DNA from: a virus
Taxonomy: Duplodnaviria > Caudoviricetes
Virus record (IMG/VR): IMGVR_UViG_3300043410_000581
Location: 1 to 55,633 of that record
DNA length: 55,633 nucleotides
Direction: 5' to 3' (one strand)
The translations under genes and the position numbers were made by a program. Of the stretch, positions 46,354 to 55,633 are shown in pieces; the stretch's first letter is position 1; every line of letters begins with the position of its first letter. A model generated the notes under the pieces. It was given only the letters and a program-made list of their open reading frames with translations. It did not search any database and was not told the origin of the DNA.

Positions 46354-47463
46354 ATGATAACTAACAAGGGAAAGTCTGTAATCTCCAAATACATGATTGG
46401 TCAAACATCAGCATATGCTTCATATCTTGCAATTGGGTGTGGACCAGCACCACTAAAACCAACAGACACTATTGACGTAGAATCGCTTAAAACAAAGGAA
46501 ACGCTAGATTTTGAAACTCTAAGAGTTCCGATTACTTCTAGAGGATATGTAACGCAGGTAATCGATGGAACCCCAGTTTCTCAGCTAGTTCTTACTGCAC
46601 AGCTTCCTGCAGAAAGCAGTTATGGAATAACAGAGGTGGGCATCTATCCTGCACTGTCAAACCCTGTTGCTGTTGGAAACGACAGTAGAATGCTACTCAC
46701 CTTTGACAACAATGAGGCATGGCTTGTTCGTGACACCATCCCAGCAACACCAACATCAACAATTATCGTAGATGGTCAAATCAATGAAACTACACCAACA
46801 ACAATTTTTGCAAATTTGCTAGATCCAGTTATCACAAACCAAACTAGAATTCTTCACAACGAAGCACCACGTAACGGTTCAACATCATTGGTTACTCCAG
46901 GAAACCTGTCAACATTTTCAGGTACAACACCACAGGCTGGAAAGTATTTAGTCATTACAAATCCTGGCATCAATCTTAGCCAAAGCTCTCCAAAGGACAA
47001 GCTTAAGATTGCATTTTCAGTAATGCCAAAAACAATGCTATCTTCTGTTTCTGGAACTGCGAAGATTGTTGTAGAGTTTGGAAACCAAGAGGGTATTGGT
47101 GTAGGTGGATACGCACGAGCAATATATTCTGTAAACATAACAGATCCTGTTGGAGGAGCGACACCATCAAGATACTTCACAGCATCAATCGACATCAAAG
47201 ACCTAGTGCAATCTGGATTCTCTTGGGCAGATGCAACATACATTAAAGTCTTCGTATATGCTGGTGCAGACAATATCGTAGCTCTAGACGGAATGAGGGT
47301 AGACAATGTCTCATCAGAAAGCCCTGTATACGGTCTAGTCGGATATACAGTCATCAAGAACCTTCTGACAACTTCTGGGGGTACTCCAGGTGCGGTCCCA
47401 ATTGTAAAAGATAAGGACAAGACAAGCCTAATTGAATTTAGGTTCCAAGTGAGTGTAGGATAA
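46354..47463 (+). CDS. Minor tail/baseplate protein
   Basis: MITNKGK...YLAIGCG...ITEVGIY motif typical of tail-fibre-attachment proteins. Confidence 0.7.
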   Translation: MITNKGKSVISKYMIGQTSAYASYLAIGCGPAPLKPTDTIDVESLKTKETLDFETLRVPITSRGYVTQVIDGTPVSQLVLTAQLPAESSYGITEVGIYPALSNPVAVGNDSRMLLTFDNNEAWLVRDTIPATPTSTIIVDGQINETTPTTIFANLLDPVITNQTRILHNEAPRNGSTSLVTPGNLSTFSGTTPQAGKYLVITNPGINLSQSSPKDKLKIAFSVMPKTMLSSVSGTAKIVVEFGNQEGIGVGGYARAIYSVNITDPVGGATPSRYFTASIDIKDLVQSGFSWADATYIKVFVYAGADNIVALDGMRVDNVSSESPVYGLVGYTVIKNLLTTSGGTPGAVPIVKDKDKTSLIEFRFQVSVG

Positions 47464-48239
47464 TGACTACACCAGATATCAATATCCAAAAGATTCCTGT
47501 ACAAAAGGAGAGCCTCCCATATCTTGACTCAGACAATAACTATTTAGTTAGATATAGAATTAGAACAGAAGATGGTAACTCCTCAACTTCATGGTCTCCA
47601 GTATACAAAGCTAAAAAGCAGTCAATTGACAAATTTTTTAATCCTACAACTGGAACACACAATGCAAATGAGCGTGAAATTAAGTCTCACGGAAAGTCCA
47701 TAGATGTTAGCTGGAAAATTAAAAACGGAGACCTAGTCTCAATTCCAGAGCAAATAGACGGACTCCCACTTGATGCCTACGTTAGATGGGGAGGCAAAAT
47801 TGTAGCATATACATCTTCTGGTGACACAAGAACAATTACTGTTAATTATGACCATAATTTTTATGTTGGACAGGTCATTACAGCAGAAGGTGCTACAGAA
47901 GACCAGCAGACTAATTATACTGTTACTTATATTCACCCAACCAATCCACGTCAGTTTCAGGTAGTTACTAGCACACCAACAAATATTGCCGTTGGTAATA
48001 GGCTATGGAGCCGTTGGGAGTTTATTGCGACAATTACAGGAAACAGCTTCTCTGTACCTATCCCAGATTCACACCAATCAAGGGTAGAGTCTGGTGTGCC
48101 AATGGAAAGGTATGCAGAGTTTATGGTACATCTAGCCACATTTAAAAAAGACAGGCAAGAGACTACACCAGAAACCCTCATATTCTATTCAGAGTCAATA
48201 TCAACAAAGGCACAATATGATGCTGGTAGTATCGTATAG
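47463..48239 (+). CDS. Minor tail protein
   Basis: YLVRYRI...SWSP FN3-like start; coupled ORF. Confidence 0.6.
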   Translation: MTTPDINIQKIPVQKESLPYLDSDNNYLVRYRIRTEDGNSSTSWSPVYKAKKQSIDKFFNPTTGTHNANEREIKSHGKSIDVSWKIKNGDLVSIPEQIDGLPLDAYVRWGGKIVAYTSSGDTRTITVNYDHNFYVGQVITAEGATEDQQTNYTVTYIHPTNPRQFQVVTSTPTNIAVGNRLWSRWEFIATITGNSFSVPIPDSHQSRVESGVPMERYAEFMVHLATFKKDRQETTPETLIFYSESISTKAQYDAGSIV

Positions 48240-48258
48240 TTTGTGTTATAATTAACCT

Positions 48259-48687
48259 ATGGCAAATATTCCTATCCCACAACAGGGTCAACCAATCGAC
48301 TATCAGTACATCTATCAGATTGTCGATAACCTAAATGAAATCTCTACTAAGATTAATTCCAAGTTTAGCGAGTCACGATTCGACAATGGAACGATCAAGG
48401 AAAAGCACAGGCTCAATGACCTAGCTGTTGATGCTGGAACTAAGGACTATTCTGCATCAGACTCTAAGGGTGCAATTTGGGGTACTCACAATTTTGGAAT
48501 TACTTTTAAGTATCCACCAGTAGTGACTGCCACAATTACCGATCCAACTGGAAATAAGGCTTGCTGGGTAACTACAATGTCTGGAACAACTTCATCTATT
48601 CAGTATTACGTTTGGTTCAGAGATAAGGGATCATCAGCTGTTGCTGGAAAGATCCACTTCCAGGCTATCGGTATTCCAGAAATCTAG
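48259..48687 (+). CDS. Minor tail/fibre-tip protein
   Basis: FKYPPVVTAT...IHFQAIG C-terminal pattern. Confidence 0.6.
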   Translation: MANIPIPQQGQPIDYQYIYQIVDNLNEISTKINSKFSESRFDNGTIKEKHRLNDLAVDAGTKDYSASDSKGAIWGTHNFGITFKYPPVVTATITDPTGNKACWVTTMSGTTSSIQYYVWFRDKGSSAVAGKIHFQAIGIPEI

Positions 48688-48695
48688 GATATCTG

Positions 48696-49226
48696 ATGGC
48701 GTATAGGACGAGAGACGAATACAACAAGGCACCAGTAATTCCTGGAAATAAGAAGGTCTGGTTTTTGAACGGAGACCTTGTTAGGGTGCATCACCTGAAT
48801 AGATCAAACAACATCATGTCAGTATATAACATTGTTAAAGACCAAATTGAAAGTTGTCTTGTCGGTGATTTTAAAAAGAACCGTGAACGTGCATACACAG
48901 TTGGACAGACTGCAGACCTGGTAAACCGTCATAAGAAATATATGCCACAATTGGTCAAGAGAGGCGTTCTTCCACCTCCTACAGGCTCTCAAAAAGGCGG
49001 AGAGACAGCCTGGCAAGTAAGAAGTTATTACTCAGAGTCGCAAGTTCGTGATCTTCGTGATATACTTGCTTCATACCATATGGGAACTCCTAGAAAGGAT
49101 GGTCTCATAACCAACAATATGACACCTTCAAAACAGGAGTTGACAAGGCGTATGGGAGATGGTATACTTACATATACAAGGACAGAAGATGGGCGTTTTA
49201 TCCCAATCTGGTCTGAAACATTATAA
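48696..49226 (+). CDS. MerR-like HTH DNA-binding protein
   Basis: AYTVGQTADLVNRH...RSYYSESQV winged-HTH pattern. Confidence 0.7.
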   Translation: MAYRTRDEYNKAPVIPGNKKVWFLNGDLVRVHHLNRSNNIMSVYNIVKDQIESCLVGDFKKNRERAYTVGQTADLVNRHKKYMPQLVKRGVLPPPTGSQKGGETAWQVRSYYSESQVRDLRDILASYHMGTPRKDGLITNNMTPSKQELTRRMGDGILTYTRTEDGRFIPIWSETL

Positions 49227-49241
49227 TCCATAAGGAGAGAC

Positions 49242-49448
49242 ATGGAAAACGAAACTAAAGTAACAGTTACTCTTGGCTATACCCTTAACCTTGGTAACTT
49301 CCAATCACTACGCATTGATCTTGGCGTAACTGATTCACGACGTGATGGTGAAAACATCAACGAGGCATTTGAGCGTGTCTATAGCTTTGTAGAAGCCAAG
49401 CTAGGTGAAAAAGTACGAGAGTCGCAGGACGAAGTAGAGGGTAAGTAA
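49242..49448 (+). CDS. Small phage protein (TLNLGNFQSLRIDLG motif)
   Basis: ORF with AAGGAG RBS. Confidence 0.75.
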   Translation: MENETKVTVTLGYTLNLGNFQSLRIDLGVTDSRRDGENINEAFERVYSFVEAKLGEKVRESQDEVEGK

Positions 49449-49756
49449 TGGCTGAACGCAAAGACCGAATGGCTTTGCTCAGTCGCTATGCAAAATTGCA
49501 TACAAAACACTACGAGCAAAGGGTTACGCTTAACCTAAACGTTGAGCAGTGGGCTGCAGATGCTCTTATCGAATCATATGGTATGCCAGAGTGCTACGAC
49601 CTACTTGAGTACTATTTCGGGGTAGCCCAGACACCCACCTGGAAGTACTTCGCAAACTATGCTGACAAGATTATCGATGCTAGAGAGCAATACGAACAAG
49701 ATATTAAGGAGAGAGCCGAACGCCGAGCTAAGGCAAAGGACTGGTTAAATGAGTAA
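49448..49756 (+). CDS. Hypothetical protein, possible helicase accessory
   Basis: Coupled ORF immediately before DnaB. Confidence 0.7.
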   Translation: MAERKDRMALLSRYAKLHTKHYEQRVTLNLNVEQWAADALIESYGMPECYDLLEYYFGVAQTPTWKYFANYADKIIDAREQYEQDIKERAERRAKAKDWLNE

Positions 49757-50969
49757 TACAGAATCAAAACTAATTTCTGCTGTACTGCAGGACAAGCAAG
49801 TTCACGTACTGCTACAGGCAAACGTGGACAACATCCTACGTACCCATAATGATATTTGGCAATTCATTCGTAACTATTCTGAGATGAATGGAACTGTACC
49901 ACCTGTATCGCTTGTTGTAGACAAGTTCCGTGATTTCTCTCCTATCGATGGTGTTGGTGCTACCAAGTATCACCTAGAAGAATTGCAGTCAGAGTTCCTT
50001 ACAGATAGTCTAAAAGATATTCTTCGCACCACAGCTGGTGAAGTACAGTCTGGTCAGGGAGTGAAGGCTCTTGAAGAACTAATTACTCAGACATCTGCAC
50101 TCAAAAAGAATACATCTGTAATTCGTGACATTGACGTTATTGACATTGAGGATGCAGTTGCGTATTACGAAAATGTAAAGAAGCAGAATGAAATCGGTTC
50201 TATTGGTATCAAGACTGGTCTTGCTGGATTCGATAACTATCTACCTGCTGGTATTACTCCAGGTCAGCTAGGCGTATTTCTGGCATATCCAGGTATCGGT
50301 AAGTCGTGGATGGCTCTCTACTTTGCTGTACAGGCTTGGAAGCAGGGTAAATCACCACTAATCATCTCCCTTGAAATGAGTGAGACTGAAGTCCGTAACC
50401 GTGTATTTACAATCATGGGTGAAGGTCTTTGGTCACACCGTAAGCTTTCTGCTGGTCTCGTAGAGACAGAAGATCTTCGTCGTTGGCACGGTAAGGAGCT
50501 TGCTGGTAAGCCAGAGTTCCACATCATCTCAAACGATGGCGGTGGAGAAGTAACTCCATCAGTTATCCGTGGTAAGATTGACCAGTATAAGCCAGACCTT
50601 ATTATCGTGGACTACTTGCAGCTTATGTCTCCAAACCAGAAGTCAGACAATGAGACTGTTCGTATGAAGAACCTTTCTCGTGAGCTAAAGCTTATGGCTA
50701 TCTCTGAGGAAATGCCAATCATTGCCATCTCGTCAGCAACACCAGACGATGTTAACAAGCTTGATACTGTTCCTACACTTGGGCAGACTGCTTGGTCACG
50801 CCAGATTGCCTACGATGCTGACTGGGTTCTTGCTCTAGGTCGTGCCACTAACTCTGACATTATCGAATGCGTGTTCCGCAAGAACCGTAACGGATTTATG
50901 GGTGAGTTCATTGTACAGGCTGACTTCGACAAGGGTTGGTACAAGTACAAAGACTACGAGGATAATTAA
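49749..50969 (+). CDS. dnaB: DnaB-like replicative helicase
   Basis: Walker A AYPGIGKS, SLEMS, IIVDYLQLM, IAYDAD, KNRNG. Confidence 0.93.
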   Translation: MSNTESKLISAVLQDKQVHVLLQANVDNILRTHNDIWQFIRNYSEMNGTVPPVSLVVDKFRDFSPIDGVGATKYHLEELQSEFLTDSLKDILRTTAGEVQSGQGVKALEELITQTSALKKNTSVIRDIDVIDIEDAVAYYENVKKQNEIGSIGIKTGLAGFDNYLPAGITPGQLGVFLAYPGIGKSWMALYFAVQAWKQGKSPLIISLEMSETEVRNRVFTIMGEGLWSHRKLSAGLVETEDLRRWHGKELAGKPEFHIISNDGGGEVTPSVIRGKIDQYKPDLIIVDYLQLMSPNQKSDNETVRMKNLSRELKLMAISEEMPIIAISSATPDDVNKLDTVPTLGQTAWSRQIAYDADWVLALGRATNSDIIECVFRKNRNGFMGEFIVQADFDKGWYKYKDYEDN

Positions 50970-50988
50970 AATATGTTATACTTGGATT

Positions 50989-51429
50989 ATGAAAACATGC
51001 AAAAGATGCAACATAGAGAAATCTCTAGAAGATTTTTTCTCTAATAAGAAACGAAAAGATGGTGTGTCAACATATTGCAAGGTATGCCAGCTAGAGTATC
51101 AAAGACAGAGATATAACGATCCAGAGAGTCACAAGCAACACAAAATGGATAGAAATATCTATCTAAAAAACAGAAAAGATTCTGTTAGGAAATGGTATCT
51201 TAAAACTACATATGGGTTAACACCAGAAGAATACGAATTGCTATATTCTAAAAATGATGGCAAATGCTATATATGTTTAGAGAAAAAGGACTACTACCTG
51301 CATGTTGACCATGACCATGATACTGGAGCTATCCGTGGATTGCTATGCAATAATTGCAATCGTGGATTAGGTCTTTTCAAAGACAACAAAGAGTCTTTGC
51401 TTAGAGCAGTACAGTATCTAGAAAACTAG
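50989..51429 (+). CDS. Endonuclease VII-type HNH nuclease (probable homing endonuclease)
   Basis: CKRC/CKVC Zn sites, YGLTPEEY, CYIC...LHVDHDHDTGAIRGLLCNNCNRGLG; own leaderless promoter. Confidence 0.88.
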   Translation: MKTCKRCNIEKSLEDFFSNKKRKDGVSTYCKVCQLEYQRQRYNDPESHKQHKMDRNIYLKNRKDSVRKWYLKTTYGLTPEEYELLYSKNDGKCYICLEKKDYYLHVDHDHDTGAIRGLLCNNCNRGLGLFKDNKESLLRAVQYLEN

Positions 51430-51443
51430 GTATAATAGTATGT

Positions 51444-51788
51444 ATGGATCACAGTCACCACAAGTCAATAAAGAGGTTCTCTCTGGATGGTATCATCAAG
51501 GATGATATCTCCATTGGGAGACTTCGCATTGAGTATGTCAAACTTCTTAATACAGAAATGCGACTAAATGGATATGCACCAAGACTTGACATAGACCCAA
51601 ACTTTACGATATACTATAACCACGACAAAGATTATTACGAATTTATATTATCAGTATATGGAACATATTTAGGAAGAAAACAGGTAGAATGGATAGAGGG
51701 AATAGACGGCACAGCTCTAGTGCCTACACAGAAGAGCAAATCAAAAGAGTTATCGCAGGATCAGGAATCAACATCGAATCAGAAGTAG
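51444..51788 (+). CDS. Hypothetical protein
   Basis: ORF track; ATG 7 nt after TATAAT. Confidence 0.7.
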   Translation: MDHSHHKSIKRFSLDGIIKDDISIGRLRIEYVKLLNTEMRLNGYAPRLDIDPNFTIYYNHDKDYYEFILSVYGTYLGRKQVEWIEGIDGTALVPTQKSKSKELSQDQESTSNQK

Positions 51789-52633
51789 ATTCTGACTATA
51801 TCATCTTTTGCCCTTTCCACAACAACTATCGTTCACCTGCTGGTGAAGTTGACAAGCGTTCTGGCTTCTTCTTTTGTTTCTCATGTCAGCATGTATCTGA
51901 CCTAACTGAACTCGTAATGCACACATCTGGTCGCACCTACTTTGAGGCGGTACGCTTCATTAAGTCTAAAGAGACTGAGTCTAATCTTGAACTACAGATT
52001 AATAAAGCACTAGTAGAGAAACAAGATTACTTACCATTTGACGAACTTGTTATCAAGCGTCTTAATAACCAAGCACTTGAGTCACCTCGTGCTATGCGAT
52101 ACTTTCAAGGCAGACTAATTACAGAAGACTCTGTAAAGCGTTTTGGTCTTGGATACTCTGAAAAGCAGGACATGGTAACTATTCCTGTAGCCTCACCAGA
52201 CGGAATGGACATCGGGTTTGTTGGTCGTTCCGTTGAGGGTAAAGAGTTTAAGAATACACCTGGACTACCAAAGTCAAAGGTATTATTCAATCTACATAGG
52301 GTAAAGACTGCTGGGAAGGTGTACGTTGTCGAATCATCATTCGATGCCATCCGTCTTGACCAGTGCGGTTTTCCTGCTGTAGCAACCTTGGGTGCAAACG
52401 TATCCAAAATTCAAACAGACCTACTTCAGAAGTATTTCAATAACATCATTGTTGTTGCTGATAACGATGAAGCTGGCGGTAATATGAAAGACAAGCTCAT
52501 TGAAAAGCTTGGTAATCGTGTAACTGTTATAACACTAGATAAGAAGTATAAAGATATTGGCGACATGTCAGATGAAGATATCAAGAATTTGGACGAAACA
52601 TTTGACAAAACCATTATCGGTATGCTACAATAA
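51689..52633 (+). CDS. dnaG: DNA primase (CHC2 zinc finger plus TOPRIM)
   Basis: CPFH...CFSC; VVESSFDA; DNDEAG; KDIGD. Confidence 0.9.
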   Translation: MDRGNRRHSSSAYTEEQIKRVIAGSGINIESEVDSDYIIFCPFHNNYRSPAGEVDKRSGFFFCFSCQHVSDLTELVMHTSGRTYFEAVRFIKSKETESNLELQINKALVEKQDYLPFDELVIKRLNNQALESPRAMRYFQGRLITEDSVKRFGLGYSEKQDMVTIPVASPDGMDIGFVGRSVEGKEFKNTPGLPKSKVLFNLHRVKTAGKVYVVESSFDAIRLDQCGFPAVATLGANVSKIQTDLLQKYFNNIIVVADNDEAGGNMKDKLIEKLGNRVTVITLDKKYKDIGDMSDEDIKNLDETFDKTIIGMLQ

Positions 52634-52660
52634 TAATCCAACCAAATTAGGAGAAACAAT

Positions 52661-53314
52661 ATGAGTATCATTAGAGGGCTTAAAGACATCAACGCTATTG
52701 TTGACAAGCCAAAATTCGAAGGCACAGGACAGAAGGTCCGTTGGGTCAAGCTTGCAGATGGACAGTCTGCCAAGATCCGTTTCGTTGAGGAGCTAGATGC
52801 TGACTCAGCAAACTATTCGGAAGACCGTGGTCTTTCAGTAGTAATCGCAGAACACACAAATCCAAAGGATTACAAGCGTAAGGCTGCTTGTACAATCGAT
52901 TCAGAGGGTCGTTGCTACGGTTGTGAGATGGCTCGCAAGGAGCCTAAGTCTGGATGGCGTTCACGCCTTCGCTTCTACTGCAACGTTATCATTGATGACG
53001 GAACTGAAGACCCTTATGTAGCCGTATGGTCACAGGGCATCAGCAAGCAGTCAGCGTTCAACACAATTCGTGAGTATGCTCTTGAAACTGGTTCAGTATC
53101 GAACCTTGAGTGGAAGATTAAGCGTAATGGTCAGGGAACTGAAACCAGCTACACCTTGCTTCCTACCAAGCCAGATGCAGAGCCTTACACATGGGGTAGC
53201 ATCGAAGCATTCGATCTTGAGAAGGTCGTTCGTGAAGTTGCTTATGCAGAGCAGGAGAACTTCTACTTCGGCTTCGACGCTCCGTCACTCACCTCCAGTA
53301 ATTCAGACTGGTAA
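52661..53314 (+). CDS. Single-stranded DNA-binding protein (gp32-like)
   Basis: WVKLADGQSAKIRF, H/C-C-C Zn ligands, KIKRNGQGTETSY; position in replication cluster. Confidence 0.7.
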   Translation: MSIIRGLKDINAIVDKPKFEGTGQKVRWVKLADGQSAKIRFVEELDADSANYSEDRGLSVVIAEHTNPKDYKRKAACTIDSEGRCYGCEMARKEPKSGWRSRLRFYCNVIIDDGTEDPYVAVWSQGISKQSAFNTIREYALETGSVSNLEWKIKRNGQGTETSYTLLPTKPDAEPYTWGSIEAFDLEKVVREVAYAEQENFYFGFDAPSLTSSNSDW

Positions 53315-53382
53315 AAACTATGAGCTGGGCATCTCTATAAACTGCCCACTTTCAAACTTTTAAAAATTAACGTAAGGATATA

Positions 53383-55633
53383 ATGAGTTACGCTGGACTT
53401 CACGTTCACACCCACTTCTCGCTTTTCGATGGAATTGCCACCCCACAGGAATATGTGGATCGTGCTGTAGAGATTGGGATGCCAGCCATCGCTATCACTG
53501 ACCATGGTTCGCTATCTGGACACCGTGAGATGTACCGAGTTGCTAAGGAAAAAGGTATCAAGCCTATTCTTGGAATTGAGGGGTACATTACCAAAGACCG
53601 CTTCGATCACGAAGACAAGAAAGACAAGAATGACCCCCTAGACCTAAACTATAACCACTTGGTTATCCTTGCAAAGAATGCAAAGGGTCTTGAGAACCTT
53701 AACAAACTAAACGAACTTGCCTGGACTGAGGGATTCTTCAAGAAGCCTCGCATGGACTGGAAGATTCTAGAAGAGTACAAGGAAGGTCTTGTAATTACCT
53801 CTGGCTGTCTATCTGGATACCTTGCAAAGGCAATTGAAGCAGACAACCTAGCTGCTGCTAAAATGCACCTCCAATGGGCTAAGGATACGTTTGGAGACGA
53901 TTACTACATTGAGGTTATGCCACATAACCCCCCAGAAGTAAACAAGCTCATTTTGGAGCTGGCGGATGAATTCAACCTAAAGCCAGTCGTCACTCCTGAC
54001 TGCCACCACTCTGACCCAGAGCAACGTGAAATCCAGGAACTCAAGCTTATCCTCAACTCTTATGCTAATAAGACTGTTAAGGATGTCAGCTATGCAGAGT
54101 CTGCAGAGATGGATAACCTTATGGACCGTCTAGACTACCTATATGGTGCAGACCGCCAAATGACATTCCGTGACTTCCAGATTCACTTGCTTTCAGATGC
54201 AGAGATGCACGAGGCTATGGAAGCCCAGGGTATCGTTCGTCAGGACATGTACGATAATACCATTGAGATCATGAACAAGGTAGAAGACTACGACATTCAG
54301 GACCACCTAGACTTGCTTCCTGCACAGTACCAGGATCCAGACAAGGAACTTCTGGACCTTGCTATGGAAGGTCTAAAAGAAAAAGGTCTAGACACCAAGG
54401 AAGATTATATTGCTCGTCTCCAAGAAGAGCTAGAGGTCATTAAGGATAAGAAGTTTGGTCCTTACTTCCTAGTTGTTCGAAACATGATTAACTGGGCTAA
54501 GAAAGAAGATATCATGGTAGGACCAGGTCGTGGTTCTGCTGCTGGTTCGCTACTCTGCTATGCCCTAGGCATTACAGACATTGACCCAATTGTTCACGGT
54601 CTTCTGTTCTTCCGATTCATCAACCCAGAGCGTAATGACTTCCCAGATATCGATACCGATATTCAGGATAGCCGTCGTGAAGACGTTAAGGACTACCTTG
54701 TACGTCAGTACCGTCACGTTGCATCTATCGCCACATTCCTTGAGTTCAAGGGTAAGGGTATTGTTCGTGACATTGCTCGTGTGTTGATGGTCCCACTTGC
54801 AGACGTTAACAAGGTACTTAAGGTTGTTGATGACTGGGATGACTACTGCACATCTAAGCAGACTGAATGGTTCCGTGAGAAGTATCCAGAGATTGAGGTC
54901 TATGGGGAGAAGCTTCGTGGTCGCATCCGTGGAACTGGTATTCACGCAGCTGGTGTTGTTACATCTAAGCTACCTATCTTTAAGTTTGCTCCATTGGAGA
55001 CTCGTACCAGCCCTGGAAACAAGGAACGTATCCCTGTTGTGGCGGTAGACATGGAAGAAGCAGAGCGTATTGGTCTAATCAAGATCGATGCTCTGGGTCT
55101 AAAGACTCTATCTGTTATTCAGGACACTCTCAAGATTATTGAGGAACGTACTGGTGACAATATTGACCTACATAAGATTGACATGGAAGACAAGAAGGTT
55201 TATGCCATGCTATCTGACGGTCTTACAAAGGGTGTCTTCCAGTGTGAAGCTACACCTTACACCAACCTACTCGTAAAGATGGGTATTAAAAGCTTTGCAG
55301 AGCTTGCTGCTTCGAACGCTCTAGTTCGCCCAGGTGCCATGAACACCATTGGTAAGGACTACATCGCTCGTAAGCACGGTAAGCAAAACCTTGATTACAA
55401 GCACACCAAGATGAAAGCATTCACGGAAGAGACATACGGATGTATCCTTTATCAGGAACAGGTTATGCTCGCATGTACTGAACTTGGTGGCATGACAATG
55501 GCAGAAGCGGACAAGGTCCGTAAGATCATTGGTAAGAAAAAGGATGCAAAAGAGTTCAAGCAGTTCCAGGACAAGTTCGTAGAGGGTGCTTCTCGCTACC
55601 TGTCTCCAAACATTGCAGAAGAACTATGGCACG
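53383..55633 (+). CDS. dnaE: DNA polymerase III alpha subunit (truncated by window end)
   Basis: LHVHTHFSLFDG and ITDHG PHP motifs; GPGRGSAAGS; FPDIDTD; IHAAGVV; KIDALGL; absent from ORF track because it has no stop in the window. Confidence 0.95.
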   Translation, partial: MSYAGLHVHTHFSLFDGIATPQEYVDRAVEIGMPAIAITDHGSLSGHREMYRVAKEKGIKPILGIEGYITKDRFDHEDKKDKNDPLDLNYNHLVILAKNAKGLENLNKLNELAWTEGFFKKPRMDWKILEEYKEGLVITSGCLSGYLAKAIEADNLAAAKMHLQWAKDTFGDDYYIEVMPHNPPEVNKLILELADEFNLKPVVTPDCHHSDPEQREIQELKLILNSYANKTVKDVSYAESAEMDNLMDRLDYLYGADRQMTFRDFQIHLLSDAEMHEAMEAQGIVRQDMYDNTIEIMNKVEDYDIQDHLDLLPAQYQDPDKELLDLAMEGLKEKGLDTKEDYIARLQEELEVIKDKKFGPYFLVVRNMINWAKKEDIMVGPGRGSAAGSLLCYALGITDIDPIVHGLLFFRFINPERNDFPDIDTDIQDSRREDVKDYLVRQYRHVASIATFLEFKGKGIVRDIARVLMVPLADVNKVLKVVDDWDDYCTSKQTEWFREKYPEIEVYGEKLRGRIRGTGIHAAGVVTSKLPIFKFAPLETRTSPGNKERIPVVAVDMEEAERIGLIKIDALGLKTLSVIQDTLKIIEERTGDNIDLHKIDMEDKKVYAMLSDGLTKGVFQCEATPYTNLLVKMGIKSFAELAASNALVRPGAMNTIGKDYIARKHGKQNLDYKHTKMKAFTEETYGCILYQEQVMLACTELGGMTMAEADKVRKIIGKKKDAKEFKQFQDKFVEGASRYLSPNIAEELWH

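Noticed and set aside
10020-55048. Numerous antisense and alternate-frame ORFs overlapping structural and replication genes
   Set aside because: They are shadows of long, codon-biased genes and lack RBS, promoters or recognisable motifs.
49749-55633. Inteins or introns in DnaB, primase or DnaE
   Set aside because: Conserved motifs follow at normal spacing and no intein splice motifs or frame breaks were seen in the visible part.
1-55633. tRNA or rRNA genes
   Set aside because: No cloverleaf with a T-loop GTTCRA in a proper stem context was found; GTTCGA hits belong to LexA boxes or coding sequence.

Overview
This window is part of a large lytic, siphovirus-type tailed phage genome. The host is most likely an actinobacterium, inferred from the regulatory motifs and the many leaderless genes. 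Layout: (i) 1-8040 is a left-pointing array of about 30 small genes built as promoter-RBS-ORF cassettes; (ii) 8100-10000 holds small membrane genes plus a repeat-rich, AT-rich non-coding region; (iii) 10029-48687 holds virion genes (collagen, FN3 and Gly-rich fibres, a GT2 glycosyltransferase, NlpC/P60, portal, HK97 protease, capsid, neck, tail tube, two tail chaperones, tape measure, tail tip); (iv) 48696-55633 holds replication genes (HTH regulator, DnaB, EndoVII-type HNH, primase, SSB, and a DnaE cut off by the window end). The most unusual signal is in the first 8 kb. Twenty copies of a promoter, TGTC-N12-TANNNT, match the actinobacterial PafBC/RecA-NDp DNA-damage promoter. Between gene groups lie nine roughly 0.9-kb-spaced non-coding 'nodes' centred on GGGGTCGGC. 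These nodes carry paired perfect DnaA boxes, perfect LexA boxes and MtrA-like repeats, sit near a WhiA-like GACAC 11-mer, and hold nearly all the GATC sites of the region. My inference is a first-injected host-takeover module that is wired to, or titrates, host DNA-damage and cell-cycle regulators. All assignments come from manual reading; no database searches were run.
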